A stretch of DNA of 63,808 nt, filler included, from Conidiobolus incongruus B7586 (GCA_000697335.1; 40 parts of 40 records of this genome joined end to end with filler, not necessarily neighbours in it), one strand, 5' to 3'; counted from the first letter of the whole stretch, positions 1 through 14,644 are shown. The notes: generated by a model not told the origin, from the sequence alone. A program made the numbers and translations.

Positions 1-1850
1 AAAATATTAATAGGAATGATATAATATCTATAAATTATTATAATTCAGTAAATAATTAACCTTAGTGTATATATTATTTAAAAATTAACGAGATAGTTAT
101 TTAGGTTATTATAATGAATATAATTTAATTAAAAACAATATTAAATTTATCAAATAAAAGTTTAGGAATTAAGAAACCTTTATATGCATCCTATTCATAT
201 AATAAATATATAAAATATATTTGACAACTCTAACAACATAATATTTGGATACAAATAATATTTCGAATATGAATTTATTTAATCAACTATGATTGTTTAT
301 GATAGTTATATTATAAAGATTATTTATATAATTTAAAATTATTTAATATTGAAAATTATTACTCAAAAAATTAATACCTTAAATTTGATCAAACTAAATT
401 ATTTTAATTGAATTATCATAATATGTAAAATTATAATACTAGTCTCAGTTAGATTAAACTAATTTAACTTATATTTCAATATATTTAAATCAATCCCAAA
501 TTAACTGATTTTTAATCAATTATTAAGTCATATTAATATCATTTATCACTATGATATAATATAATATGATGAGTAATATACTTATATTAAAATAGAAAAT
601 ATATTAGTAAATAAATGATTTGATAACTATATCATATTGGTAATCAGTGATAAAAATCGTAAATTATAAAATAAAATATTATTTTATCATTAATTTAATT
701 AATTTATTGGTTTTCAATCAATGATCATTGATGACTTAATTTATTATTATAGTGATAATCATTTTATTATGATTATATAATTCTAATATATATTTTTTTT
801 TCATAAATATTTGTAACAAAAAATAATTTTGAATAAACAAACCAAAACAATAATAAAATATGGGCTTAAATATTTAAACAAGTGAAAATTCAAAATATAC
901 TTAAGTTTTTGGAATGAAAAATTTTAATGAGTATTTAATAATATCAGATTAATATCAAGCGCTTTTCATTTTCAAGATATTCTCATATGTGGATTCAAAT
1001 GGAATTGATTTTATTACTCTTTTGTCTTGAACTTTGAAATATCAACCAATTCAATTTCAACTATATATATATTACACTTAACTTTTTTATTTTATATTGA
1101 TTTATAATTAAGACTTTCCAATATCTTGAATAATAATATTAAAACTATCAAATAAAGTGAAATTATTTTAATTGATCACATTGAGGCATAGTGAATTCTA
1201 TAAAAATTTCTGTTAAATAGAAGAATTTTTTGTAATATATATATATTGTAAAAAAATTATAATCACATGAAATTATAAGTCAAAATTTATATAAAAAATC
1301 TATTTTAAAAAAAATAATTAATATTATTTCAAGTGTGTAACAAACTTTAAATTTTTTTTCACATCATTTGTATTATCACATAATATTATAATAATACAGT
1401 AATAACTTGAATTATTATAATAATCTAAAAACTAAATGCCAAGTAACATATTAGAACAAACTATTGTGAACAGAGGGTAGCTATCCGCTATTTCTAAATT
1501 AAGGAATATCTATATTATTCAAATACTAATCAAATTCTATAAAATTCGCTTTTATTTAAAAAATATCAAATTATAAAGATATTATTTATAAAAGATTATT
1601 ATTAACTTTTTTCACTAATAATTAACACCATTTTAAACTATAAAGATATTTTTATTTTGAGATTAAGAAAATTATCTATTTATATTTCAATAACGTTTCA
1701 CGTTAAATATATATATATTAAAATTGAAAAAATATATATATAATATAGAGAAATTAATAACTTACATACACAAATTTAATTTATTAAAATAAATTATAAA
1801 AAAGAATAATTTAATAATTTTACACTTTTAATAAATTTTTAATTAAAAAT

Positions 1851-1950
1851 NNNNNNNNNNNNNNNNNNNNNNNNNNNNNNNNNNNNNNNNNNNNTTAATT
1901 AATTAANNNNNNNNNNNNNNNNNNNNNNNNNNNNNNNNNNNNNNNNNNNN
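1851..1950. other. Artificial contig linker N44-TTAATTAATTAA-N44 (stops in all six frames); first of 39 identical linkers
   Basis: Identical 100-nt spacer starts at 1851, 4161, 5794, 7444, 9023, 11022, 12712, 14645, 16183, 17738, 19512, 21616, 23241, 25077, 26656, 28053, 29890, 31461, 32883, 34265, 35793, 37334, 38713, 40085, 41464, 42945, 44454, 45928, 47276, 48765, 50205, 51539, 52977, 54413, 56427, 57736, 59210, 60924, 62314. Adjacent contigs are not biologically adjacent. Confidence 0.98.
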
Positions 1951-3408
1951 ATTATTTGATTATAAATATATATATTTAAATATATTTAGTAAATTATTAG
2001 TAAAAGTATTAATATTTCATATTTAACTAATATAAGTCATAATTTTGCAAGTTTTTGAGATAAAGTGATATATTCAACAATATATAACCGTATCTTTTTT
2101 CTCTCTATGCTATTATTTTATATAATATTTTACAGATTTACTAAATTTTTTTATTAGTATCATTATACCTAAATTCATCTTTAAAAAATTCCACTTATAT
2201 ATCAATCAAATTTATAAAGAAGATAAATCAACTTGTGATATTGCTAGAATTACTGGTGTTAGCTAGTTTACTATGCTAAAGCTGTTAAGAATAGCAATAA
2301 AGACATATTTAAACCTAAACTTAAATGTGTTAAGATCATAGATAATTATAATGAGAATTATATCTATAGGTTGATTAGTACAAGTAAATATAGTATTGCT
2401 ATAGAAATATAGCAAGAATTGTGAGACTATGTAGGAATATTAGTTAGTATTGATACTATTATATATCCTTTATATTAGCATAGATACCACTTACACTTCA
2501 AGAAAAAACACCACCAACTAAAGAAATCCCATTTTAAAGCTAGGCAAGATTTTAAATATCATCACTAATATTAAATCAAAACTAATTAAAATAAGGTTAT
2601 TTAGTCTAATGAAACAAAAATATACCTTAGTAAATCTGATAGAAAAGCTAGATGCTTCAGAAAAGATGCAGAATTACTTTGTAACCATTATGTTAATTCT
2701 ACCCAAAAATACAATGGTGGGTCAATTATTGTTTGGGGATATATATTGTTTTTAAATATAGGGTATCTTTGTAAAGTTAATTGGGGAATTAATGTTAAGA
2801 TATACCAAAGTATATTAAACAATGAATTGAAAAAAACATTGAATGGTATAGGTTAAACAAATCTAATGTTATTTTCCAGCAAGATAATATCTCTTCCTTT
2901 ACTATAGCTTTTATTACCAAATAGCTTAAAAATAACAAGATAGTAGTTATGAAGTGGCTTCCTCAATCTCTTAACCTTAACCTAATTAAATATCTTTAAG
3001 ATTAGTTAAAAAAAGCTATTTAAGCTTTCCCCCTAGCAAAAGATTTAGATCAACTTTAGGAATATGCTCAAGAAGCATAAAACAAAATTAACTCTTCTTA
3101 GTGTAAGAAGTTAATTGATTCTATCCCCTACAAATTTAAAGAAGTTAGAAAAGCTAAAGATAGATATACTAAGTTATAATTTTTTTTATCACCAAAAACT
3201 TGCAAATTTATAACTAACCTTAGGTAAAATTTGAGTTTTTATATTTTAACCAAATAATAGCTATATATCATTATTTAATGATTTATATTATTAATAAATA
3301 TAATAGATTTTAATTATTTAATTTAATTTAATTTAATTTAATATTAATCAAGTTATTAGTAAAAATATAAGTATTTTTGATTTTATAACTTATTTTTATA
3401 GGTCAATG
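1951..3408 (+). mobile_element. Tc1-like DD34E transposon, subfamily A, dead; left end cut by contig edge; transposase remnant ~2165-3179
   Basis: Reads IARITGVS (HTH), SNETKIYL (WSDETK), NGGSIIVWG, IFQQDN, MKWLPQSLNLNLIK (WPPQSPDLNPIE). Ends ...GGTCAATG followed by TA at 3409-3410. Many stops. Confidence 0.95.
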
Positions 3409-4260
3409 TATATAAAGATTTTGGAAACAAAAATCAAATTATTATTAATTAAATAGCATTATTAGTTATTTTTTATAAAAAACAAAAAGAAATTTAAATA
3501 GTTGTTATATTTTATAAATAAATCAACTGATAATGATTTTTATTAAGTAAAAAGATATAATATTATAAAATATAGCTTTATTTAATAATATAATCATTAA
3601 TAAACTATTAAATTAAACTTTCAATATAATATTTTTTAAAACTTATTAAGTGATAATCATAAAAATGTTAATACAAATATTTTGTAATAAATCTAAAAAA
3701 TAAAACTATATAAATTAATATTAGTTAAAAAAATAGTTTTAATAATTATAGTATTTATTGTTAGCTATTATAATAATAGGATTTTGGCCAGTTTTATTTA
3801 ATTAATAAATATTTCAAAATTTTATTAAATATATAAACCATCATTTATAAAAGTCAAAATATATAATAGCTTATTTCATAATTAAATATAGATTTTATAT
3901 TAATGTTTAAAATTATATAATCAATTTATATAATTTAAAAATAATTTATTTAATATTGAATTATTGAATTTTAATTAAGTTCTAATTAATTAGGAATATT
4001 AAAATTTTTTAAAATATGGATAATTCAATAAAAATTAATATTAATTAGTGAAAAATTAAAACTAATCAAAATATTTTAATCCATTATTATTTAAAAAAAT
4101 GAAAATCAATAATAAATTTAATAAATTAGATTTTGTATAGTTATTTTAAAATATATCAATNNNNNNNNNNNNNNNNNNNNNNNNNNNNNNNNNNNNNNNN
4201 NNNNTTAATTAATTAANNNNNNNNNNNNNNNNNNNNNNNNNNNNNNNNNNNNNNNNNNNN

Positions 4261-5793
4261 ATTTTATATTTTTATCAATAACTATTTTATTAATGATTAA
4301 AATAGTTATATAAAATAATAAAGTAACAGAGATATAAAAAGAATGATAAAGGAATCAATTTTTTCTAAATTTAAAATATAAAGAGTAATATTCTAAAGCT
4401 AACTCTATAATATATTTAAAGGAATTATTATGGCGATTAACTAAAGGATTAACCTTATAATATATTTCTTTTTTAAAATCATATAAAACACTCATTATAT
4501 TGTTAAATCACAAATATTAAGGTAGTTGATTTTTAAGATATTTATAAATATCTAAGTAATTAAAAACAACAGTTATTTATTATAGATCATAAAATTTATG
4601 TTGAGTAATATTTTTAAGTTAAAAAAAATAAAGTTTTTTTTATTTTATTTTAAACTATTTAATATCTAAAATAAAATAAAGATTATATTTGTTAAAAAAA
4701 TGATAATATGATTTTTAATAGTTTTGAACTAGTTTTAAATATTATCTATATAATAAATGGAGACCAAATCTAACTAATTAAAAGGGAATATATATACATA
4801 TTTAAAATAAATTTCAAATAACTTTAAGTCTTGAATTTATTAGATATTTTTAAAACCAATATAGTTTTTTAGTTTTTTAAATAATTATTTAATTAAAGGA
4901 ATAATAAAAATAATCGCTTGAGCAAAATAAATTGATAGAAAAGGAGTAATCTTTTATAAACCTTGGTATCTAAAGAATAGGTATATCAAGAGTGCTATCT
5001 TTTATCAATTATTTAATTTATAAAAATAGTTATTTGGCTGAATAATTTAATTAAAATAATTTTTAATAAAAAAGAATTTTAAGATATTTAAGTTTTAAAA
5101 GATATTTTCAAGTTAATAATTAATTTCTTAGTTTTATTTTATATATAATGATTAATTATTAATAGTTATGTTTCACTTAATAGTTTAAATAAGGAATAAG
5201 AAACAAAAGATAAAAAAATTATAAAAAGATAGAAAATAAAATAAAATAGAATAATAGAATTAAAAAAGAATAAATAACAAAGGTAACAAAAAAAGATGAA
5301 TTAGAGAATTATAATTTGCTTATGAAAATAATTAAAGGTTTTTATATTGCTAAAAAGATTTATTATAATTATTATTTAAATATATTTTTAATAGGTTAAT
5401 AAGAGAAAGATAAGAAACTTGCTATTATCATATATTATCTTAATATTATGAACTAAGGTAGTTGCTTTATTTTTGGCAAACTTTATTTATTTAAATTAAG
5501 AAAAAACCTTTTTTTATTGAAATAAAGTTTGTGATAATATAAATAAAATATATTAGGAATAAATTATAGGTGAGTTTTGATAAAAAACAAGGGTATTAAT
5601 ATATAAAAAATATTTATATAATTAATATTATAATAATTAAAAATATTTTAATTTATATAATATTGCATTTTTAGATGATTTTTTAATTCTATTATTAAGG
5701 AAAATTTTGACAATAAAAATCAATTTTTAAAATTCAAAAATATTTTAATATAAAATCTCTTTCAGTTAGAATATAACTAATACAAAAAAAATA
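4261..5793 (+). mobile_element. Possible heavily decayed retroelement pol fragment (tentative)
   Basis: Only weak motifs: KELL-like at ~4420 and ATA GAT CAT AAA (TDHK-like RNase H motif) at ~4580. No open frame. Confidence 0.25.
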
Positions 5794-6000
5794 NNNNNNN
5801 NNNNNNNNNNNNNNNNNNNNNNNNNNNNNNNNNNNNNTTAATTAATTAANNNNNNNNNNNNNNNNNNNNNNNNNNNNNNNNNNNNNNNNNNNNATAAGAT
5901 TACTAAAACTATTATTAACTCCTAATTTATTATAATTAGGATTATTAAAATAAATATTAATAATATACTTAAACTTAAATCTATATATATAATGAATATA

Positions 6001-7443
6001 CACTAGCCTCTAAAATTGAGTCATAATATTAAAAATATATATATTTCTATTAATATCTTAATCAATACTAATTTAAATAAACTTATATTGAACTATATAA
6101 TTAATATATATTTCTTATCTATAATATAATATATATAGTTAAATTTAATTAATTATTAATTGATATATTAAAACTAAAAGTATACTTAAGGTAAGTTATA
6201 AATTTATGGGTTTAAGTATTAATAGAAAAATTAATATCTAATATATCCATCTTTTGCTTTTCTATCTTTTTTAAGTTTAAGAGGTATAGAGTCAACTAGC
6301 TTCTTATATTAAGCAAAATTAATATTATTCTAAGTTTCTTGAATATACTCTTAAAGTTAATTTAAATTTTTTACTAAGGGGAAAGCTTTAATTAATTTTT
6401 TTAATTAATCCTAAAGATATTCAATTAGGTTAAAATTAAGAGATTAAGGAGACTATTTCATAATAATTATTTTGTTATTTTTAAGCTATTTAATAGTAGA
6501 ATTTATATTATAACAAGGTATATTATTTTGTTAGATAATAATATTTGATTTCTTTGATTTATATTACTTAATAGTTCTTTTCATTTTATTGTTTAGAATA
6601 CTTTAATATATTTTAGTATTAATTCCCCCATCAACCCTACAAAGATACCTTATAACTAAAGATAACATATATCCCTAAACTATAATTAATCTATTATTAT
6701 CTTTTTGGGTTATAATAATATAATGGTTATAAAGTGGTTTTTTTTTCTTTTTTGAAGTATCTAGTTCTTTTATTAGATCTATTAAAATATATCTTTGTTT
6801 TATTAGATTAAATAACCTTACTTTAGTTAGGTTTAGTTCAACTTTAGTATTGACATTTAAACTCCCACCTAGCTTTATAATAGGACTTCTTTAGTTTGGG
6901 GTGTTTTTTAAAGTGTAATTGATATCTATTCTAATATAAAGCATATATAATAGTATTAGTATTAATTAATATTCTTGTAGAGTTTTATAATTCTTATTAT
7001 ATTTTTATAATAATATTACACTTCCCTGTACTAACTAATCAATAAATATATTTTTTATCATTTTTATCTATAATCCTAATATATCTAAGTTTTAGTTTAG
7101 GTGTTTTTTTTAACATTGTTCTTAATAACCCTAGCTATAATAAATTAGGTAACATTAGTAATTCTAGCAATTTCACAAGTTGATTTATTTTCATTATAAA
7201 GTTGATTAATATATAAGTGAAGTTTTTTAAAAAAAACTTTATATATTATAATATTAACTTTAAAATATTAGCTTAATAGTTTTATAATATATATAATATA
7301 ACAAAAAAAAGATATATATTAGTTTTGTTATTTATATCCCTTTAAATTATAAACCCATAAATTTATAACTCATTTTGGTTAAATTTTAGGTTTTGATATA
7401 TTAACCAATAGCTAATGAAATATAATCAAATATAGTTAGTTAT
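6001..7443 (-). mobile_element. Tc1-like transposon, subfamily B, dead; transposase remnant ~6231-7246
   Basis: Terminus TA|CACTAGCCTCTAAAATTGAGTCATAA at 6001. Colinear with the other copies on the minus strand. Confidence 0.93.
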
Positions 7444-7580
7444 NNNNNNNNNNNNNNNNNNNNNNNNNNNNNNNNNNNNNNNNNNNNTTAATTAATTAAN
7501 NNNNNNNNNNNNNNNNNNNNNNNNNNNNNNNNNNNNNNNNNNNAAAATTTATAAAATCAACTTAATAGTTTTATTATATA

Positions 7581-9022
7581 AACTAACTTACAAAAGTGAG
7601 TCATAAAATCAAAGATATTTATATTTTTACTAATAACTTGATAAATATTTAATGAAATAAACCTAAATGAAATAATTAAAATCTTTTATATTTATTAATT
7701 ATATATATTATTAAATGATAATATTTAGCTTTTAATTAGTTAGAATATAAACCCTTAAATTTTACCTAAGGTGAGTTATAAATTTGTGGGTTTTTAGTGA
7801 TAAAAAAAATTAAAACCTAATATATCTATTTTTAACTTTTCTAACTTCTTTAAGTTTGTGGGGTATAGAATCAACTAACTTTTTATATTAAGAAGGGTTA
7901 ATCTTATTCTATGTTTTTTGAATATATTCCTAAAGTTAATCTAAATCTTTTGCTAAGGGAAAAACTTTAATAACTTTTTTTAACTGATCTTAAAGATATT
8001 TAATTAGATTAAAGTTAAAAGATTAAGAGGCTACTTTATAACTATTATTTTGTTATTTTTAAGCTATTTAGTAGTAGAAGCTATAATATAATAAGAAGCA
8101 TTATCTTATTAGAAAATAACATCAAATTTATTTAACCTATACTATTCAATGGTTTTTTTCAATTTATTATTCAGAATATTTTGGTATATCTTAGCATTAA
8201 TTCCACTATTAACTTTATAAAGATATCTTACACCTGAAGACAATATATATCCCTAAATAATAATTAACCCATTATTATACTTTTGGGTAGAATTAATAAA
8301 ATAGTTATAAAGTAATTTTGTATCTTTTCTAAAGTATCTAACTTTTCTATTAAATTTATTAAAATATATTTTTGTGTTATTAGATTAAATAACCTTACTC
8401 TAATAAATTTTAATTTAATATTAATAATGACATTTAAATTCCCACCTAGTTTTATAATAGGATTTCTTTAGTTAAGGGTGTTTTTTCTTAAGGTATGAGT
8501 AATATCTATGCTAATATAAAACACATATAATAGTATTAGTGCTAACTAATATTCTTATATAGTTTTATAGTTCTTGCTATATTTTTACAATAGTATTTTA
8601 CTTACCTATACTAACTAACCTATAGATATACTTCTTATCATGTTTATTTATAATCCTAACATACTTAAGTTTAGGTTTAAATGTTTTTTTATTGCTATTC
8701 TTAATAGCTTTAACTATAGTAGATTAGCTAACACTAGTAATTCTAGCAATATTACAAGTTGATTTATCTTTTTTATAAGGTTAATTAATGCATAAATAGA
8801 TTTTTTTTAGAGAGGGATTTAAGCATAATAATACTAATAAAAAAATTTAGTATAATTGTATAATATTATAAAAATAATAACAAAGAGAAAAAAAATATGA
8901 TTAAATATTGTTAAATATATTCCTTTATCTTAAAAACCCACAATATATAACTCACCTTGGTTAAATATTAAGGGTTAATATTTTTGCTAATAGTTTATTA
9001 AATATATCTAAATATATTTATT
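7581..9022 (-). mobile_element. Tc1-like transposon, subfamily A, dead
   Basis: Outer repeat CAAAAGTGAGTCATAAAATC at 7591, inner repeat AAGGTGAGTTATAAATTTGTGGG at 7768. Start ATG retained near 8826. Confidence 0.93.
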
Positions 9023-9202
9023 NNNNNNNNNNNNNNNNNNNNNNNNNNNNNNNNNNNNNNNNNNNNTTAATTAATTAANNNNNNNNNNNNNNNNNNNNNN
9101 NNNNNNNNNNNNNNNNNNNNNNATTTAAATTAGAAATGATTTAGATATTAATAAAAATATTTGTATATTTGATTTTATTACTTTTTTTTATCAATTAGTT
9201 TA

Positions 9203-11021
9203 TATTAGCTTATTATTATAAATTACAAAATTCAAAATATTTTTTTATTTTGATTTTAATTAATTTTTATTTTTATTTTTATTTGAATAAATTAATATTG
9301 AGTTTTATAATTAATTTATAACTTTTAGAAAAATAAAATATATAAAATTCAATTTAATTAATTTTAAATGATTATATTATATTTAAAATTTATTCAAGCA
9401 AATTTATAAATTTATAAATTATAATATTAACAAAGAAATTAATAAATAATATATTAATCCTTTGTTTTTTTAACTTTCTTAATTTTATTGGATATAAAAT
9501 CAATTAGCTTTTTATATAAATATAGATTAATATTAATTTAAGTTTTATAAATATATTTTTAAAATTAATTTAAATATTTTACTAAAAAACAAGCAATAAT
9601 TAATATCCTTAATTAATCTTAAATTAATTGATTTGGGTTAAATTAAAAAATTAAGGATAATATATCATTATATTTATTTTGTTATTTTTAAGCTAGTTAT
9701 TAATAAAAATTATTATATAAAAAAGGTATTACTTTATTAAAACAAAATATTTCATTAATTTAACTTATAATACTTAATAGTTTCTTGAATATATTATATA
9801 AAATATTTTATTATATATAAATATCAATTACTTTATTAATTTTATAAAGATATTTATATCTAAATATAATATTTAACCTCAAATTAAAATTGACTTATTA
9901 TTATATTTTTAGGTTAAAATAATATAATAGCTATAAAATGGTTATTTATCTTTTTTGAAATATCTAACTTTTTAATTAAATTTTTTAAAATATATCTTTA
10001 TTTTATTAAATTAAATAACCTTATTCTTATTAATTTTCAATTAACTTTAATAATAATATTGAAATTATTACCTAACCTTAAAACAAAATTTTTTAATTAG
10101 GGATATATTTTAAAACAAAGAAAATATTTATTTTATTATAAAATATATGTTAACAATGAGTTATTTCTTAGTATCAAGGATTTGGGTAAAAGTTGAATGC
10201 TATGCTTGCTGGTTATATCAAAAGATAGGAATAAATATTAATAATATAGATTGCTTATAAATCACAAATATCCATAATATCCCTAACCAAGAATTACAAA
10301 GATTTGATGTTATTTTGGTTCTTGATATAGTCACCAGTTAATAATAATAACTTTAAGATTTAAGTGATCTAATAGATTTATAATAGAAAAAGATATCTTT
10401 ATTATGATGGTTATAATTAAAGTTATATATCCATGGTAATTTATAGATTATGACTCACCTTCTAAAGGGTTAAAGTTCATCAATATCAAGATAACAACTA
10501 TAGATGACAAATGAGGCTTTGCTATATATAAGTAAATTAAAAGGGATGTCAATATCCAATAAAATTATAGAAATGACTTGACTATCAGAATACTTGCTAG
10601 TAATATATATTATAATATTAATCCTAACTAATAATTTTATATAATCTTGAAATTCTTATTAAATTTATTAATATTAATCAATTTATAAATATATTTTTTA
10701 TTATGTTTATTTATAGTTTTAATATATTTAACTTTAGTTTTAAATTTAATTTTTTTTTAAATATTATTATTAATTACCCTATTTATAATAGAATTATTAA
10801 TATTAATAATTCTAATAATCTGATAAATTAATTTATTTTCATTTTAAGATTTATTAATATATAAATAAACTTTTTAAAATAAGGTTAAAATATTATAATA
10901 AAAAATTTATATCAAATATAATAAGGCAAAAAAAAATAAATATATAAGTTTGGTTATTTATATCTTTTTAACTAATATATCTGTATATTTATAAATAATT
11001 TTTATCAAATTTTAGATTTTA
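9203..11021 (-). mobile_element. Tc1-like transposon, very degraded, interrupted by a solo LTR at 10148-10605
   Basis: Colinear with the family from ~9440 to 10147 and resumes at 10606. Terminus near 9203 is only weakly recognisable. Confidence 0.85.
10148..10605 (+). mobile_element. Solo LTR (458 bp), copy 1
   Basis: TGTTAACA...GCTAGTAATA (decayed TG...CA), flanked by TATA on both sides. TATATAAG at ~10525 and AATAAA at ~10558 suggest orientation. Reverse-complement homologue of the same length at 36431-36888. Confidence 0.85.
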
Positions 11022-11207
11022 NNNNNNNNNNNNNNNNNNNNNNNNNNNNNNNNNNNNNNNNNNNNTTAATTAATTAANNNNNNNNNNNNNNNNNNNNNNN
11101 NNNNNNNNNNNNNNNNNNNNNTATTTCAATAATATTCAAAATATAGAATAATATAATTATTTATAAAATTTATTATCATTTTATAAATAATTACTATTAT
11201 ATATATA

Positions 11208-12711
11208 TACTAGCCTATAAAAATAAGTCATAAAATCAAAATTACTTATATATTTACTTATATCTTAAACAATTCTTAAATAAATTTAAATTAGAATATA
11301 TTATTTACCAATATTGATTGATTATAATTAACTATATTTGATTATATTTCATTAACTATTGGTTAATATATCAAAACTTAAAATTTAACCAATATGAATT
11401 ATAAATTTGTAGATCTATATATTAAAGGATTATATATAACAAAATTTAAATATATCTTTTTTTTGTTATATTATATATATTATAAGATTATTAAGCTAAT
11501 ATTTTAAAATTAATGATATAATTCTTAAATCTTTCTTTAAAAAAGTTCATTTATATATTAATCAACCTTATAATAAAAATAAATCAACTTATAAGATTAT
11601 TAGAATTATCAGTGTTAGCTAATCTATTATAACTAGGATTAAGAAAAATATTAAAAAATCACCTAAACTAAAACTTAAAAATATTAAAATTATAGATAAG
11701 CATAATGAAATGTATATTTATAGATTAGTTAGTACAAATAAGTATAATATTGCTATAAAAGTACAATAAGAATTATAAGACTATATAAGATTATTAGTTA
11801 ATATTGATATTATTTATATATTTTATATTAAAATAGATATCACTTATATTTTAAATAAAATATCCCCAACTAAAAAAATCCCACTATAAAACTAAATAGG
11901 AGTTTAAATGCCAATATTAAAGTTGAACCAAAATTAATTAAAATAAAGTTATTTAGTTTGATGAAACAATGATATATCTTAATAAATTTAATAAAAAAGC
12001 TAGATATTTCAAAAAAGATAAAGAATTACTTAATAACCATTATGTTATTATAACTTAAAAATATAATGATGGGTTAATTATAGTTTAAGGATATATGTTA
12101 TCTTTAGGTATAAGATATCTTTATAAGGTTGATGGAAGAATTAATGTTGAGATATATTAAAGTATTTTAAACAATAAATTGAAAAAATCTATTAAGTGAT
12201 ATAAATTAAATAAATTAAATATTATTTCCTAATAAGATAATACCTTTTGTTATATTATAAATTTTATTAATAAATGGCTTAAAAATATAAAATAACTATT
12301 ATAAAATAGCCTTCTTAATCTCTTAATCTTAATCTAATTAAATATCTTTAGGATTAACTAACAAAATCAATTAAAGCTTTCCCCTTAGCAAAAAATTTAA
12401 ATTAACTTTAGGAGTATATTCAAGAAGCTTAGAATAATATTAATTTTACTTAATATAAGAAGCTAGTTGACTCTATACCCTATAAACTTAAAAAAGTTAG
12501 AAAAGCAAAAAATAAATATATTAGATATTAATTTTTCTATCAATATTAAAACCAACAAATTTATAACTTATCTTAAGTATACTTTTAGTTTTAATATATT
12601 ATTTAATAATTAATTAAATTTCATTTTTTATATTATATTATAAATAAAAAATATATATTAACTATATAATTTAATATATATTTATTAAAATGAAAAATAA
12701 TTAAGATATTA
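11208..12711 (+). mobile_element. Tc1-like transposon, subfamily B, dead; transposase remnant ~11521-12531
   Basis: Left terminus TACTAGCCTATAAAAATAAGTCATAAAATC. GATGAAACA (DET) retained at ~11960. Confidence 0.93.
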
Positions 12712-13150
12712 NNNNNNNNNNNNNNNNNNNNNNNNNNNNNNNNNNNNNNNNNNNNTTAATTAATTAANNNNNNNNNNNNNNNNNNNNNNNNNNNNNNNNN
12801 NNNNNNNNNNNAATAATTAAATTATTAAATATAAGCTATTATTAATTATTATTATTTTATTATGAATAGTTTAAAATATATTATAATGATACTGTATATA
12901 AAATTATTAATATTTTATAATATCTTGTATATATATTTTTAATAACATTTAAGATATTAAAAGTTATTTAAATATTTTATATCAAACAATTCGAAAAAAC
13001 TTTAAAGTATTTTTCTAAAATAAGAAAGTTTCACTTTAAATAATAAAACTTTATTTTTGAAAATATAATTTCTAATACTTTAATATTTATTAAATTAAAT
13101 ATATTATAATAATTAATTTTCTTTTTAAAAATTCATTCAAATTCAAATTA

Positions 13151-14644
13151 TATTAGCCATTAAAAGTAAGTCATAAAATCAAAATTACTTAAATATTTAC
13201 TTATATCTTAAACTATTCTTAATTAAATAAATTTAAATTAAAATATATAATTTACCTATATTAATTAACTATAATTAAGTATATTTGATTATAATTCATT
13301 AGCTATTGGTTAATATATCAAAACCTAAAATTTAACCAAAGTGAGTTATAAATTTATGTATTTATAAGTTAAAATGATATAAATAACAAATGTTATATAT
13401 ATCTTCTTTTTCTTTTGTTATATTATATATATTATAAATTATTAAGCTAATATTTTATAAATAATATTATAATACTTAAATCCCTCTCTAAAAAAGTTCA
13501 CTTATATATTCATCAAATTTATAATAAAAATAAATTAACTTATAAGATTATTAGAATTACTAATATTAGCTAATTTATTATAGCTAGGGTTATTAAGAAT
13601 AATACGAAAAAAACACTTAAATTAAAACTTAAGTATGCTAAAATTATAGATAAATATAATAAAAAGTATATTTGTAGATTAGTTAGTATAAGTAAGTATA
13701 ATATTATTATAGAAATACAACAAGAATTACAAGATTATATAAGAATATTAGTTAGAACTAATATTATTATACATACTCTATATTAGAATAAATATTGCTT
13801 ATATTTAAAAAAAACACCCTTAACTAATGAAGTTTTATTACAAGATTAAGCAGGAGTTTAAATGTCAATACTGAAGTTGAATTAAAATTAACTAGAGTAA
13901 AGTTATTTAATTTAATAAAACAAAGATATGTTTTAATAAATCTAATACAAAAGCTAGATATTTCAAAAAAGATAAAGAACTATTTTATAATTATTATATT
14001 ATTACAACCCAAAAATATAATAATAGGTTAATTATAATTAAAGGATATATATTATCTTCAGGTATAGGGTATTTTTATAGGGTTAATAGGGGAATTAATA
14101 CTAAAATATAGTAAAGTATTTTAAACAATAAATTAAAAAAACTATTAAGTAGTATAGATTAGAAAAATCAAATATTATTTTCCAACAAGATAATACACCT
14201 TGCTATATTATAAATTCTACTATTAAATGGCTTAAAAATAACAAAATAACTATTATAAAATAACCTTTTTAATCTCCTAATTTTAACCTAATTAAATATC
14301 TTTAGGATCAAATAAAAAAATTAATTAAAGCTTTCCCCCTAGTAAAAAATTTAAATCAACTTTAGGAGTATATTTAAGAAGCTTAGAATAATATTAATCC
14401 TGCTTAATATAAGAAGCTAATTGATTTTATGCCTTATAAACTTAAAGAAGTTAAATAAGAAAAAAATAAATATACTAGATATTAATTTTTCTATCAATAC
14501 TAAAACTTGCAAATTTATGTTTAATCTTAAGTATACTTTTAGTTTTAATATATCAATTAATAATTTATTAAATTTAACTTTATATATTATATTATAATTA
14601 AATAATATATATTAATTATATAGTTTAATATAAGTTTATTTAAA
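13151..14644 (+). mobile_element. Tc1-like transposon, subfamily B, dead; transposase remnant ~13472-14485
   Basis: Left terminus TATTAGCCATTAAAAGTAAGTCATAAAATC. TTCCAACAAGATAATACACCTTGC (FQQDNTPC) and KWLKNNK retained. C-terminus YTRY*. Confidence 0.94.

Noticed and set aside
1470..1492. GC-richer imperfect palindrome ACAGAGGGTAGCTATCCGCTAT as a small RNA hairpin
   Set aside because: Short, mismatched, and no recognisable snRNA or SL RNA context.
1..1850. Gene-like texture with possible short GT-AG introns here and in 19612-23240 and 28153-31460
   Set aside because: I could not build a stop-free spliced frame or recognise a domain by eye; needs gene prediction or RNA-seq.
1895..1906. TTAATTAATTAA recurring every 1.3-2.3 kb, resembling a regularly spaced repeat or CRISPR-like array
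   Set aside because: Always centred in an exact 100-nt N spacer; an assembly or annotation linker.
2165..3179. Alternative genetic code (TAA/TAG = Gln) explaining in-frame stops
   Set aside because: Stops replace Trp (TGG) as well as Gln codons, differ between copies and co-occur with ATG>ATA and frameshifts.
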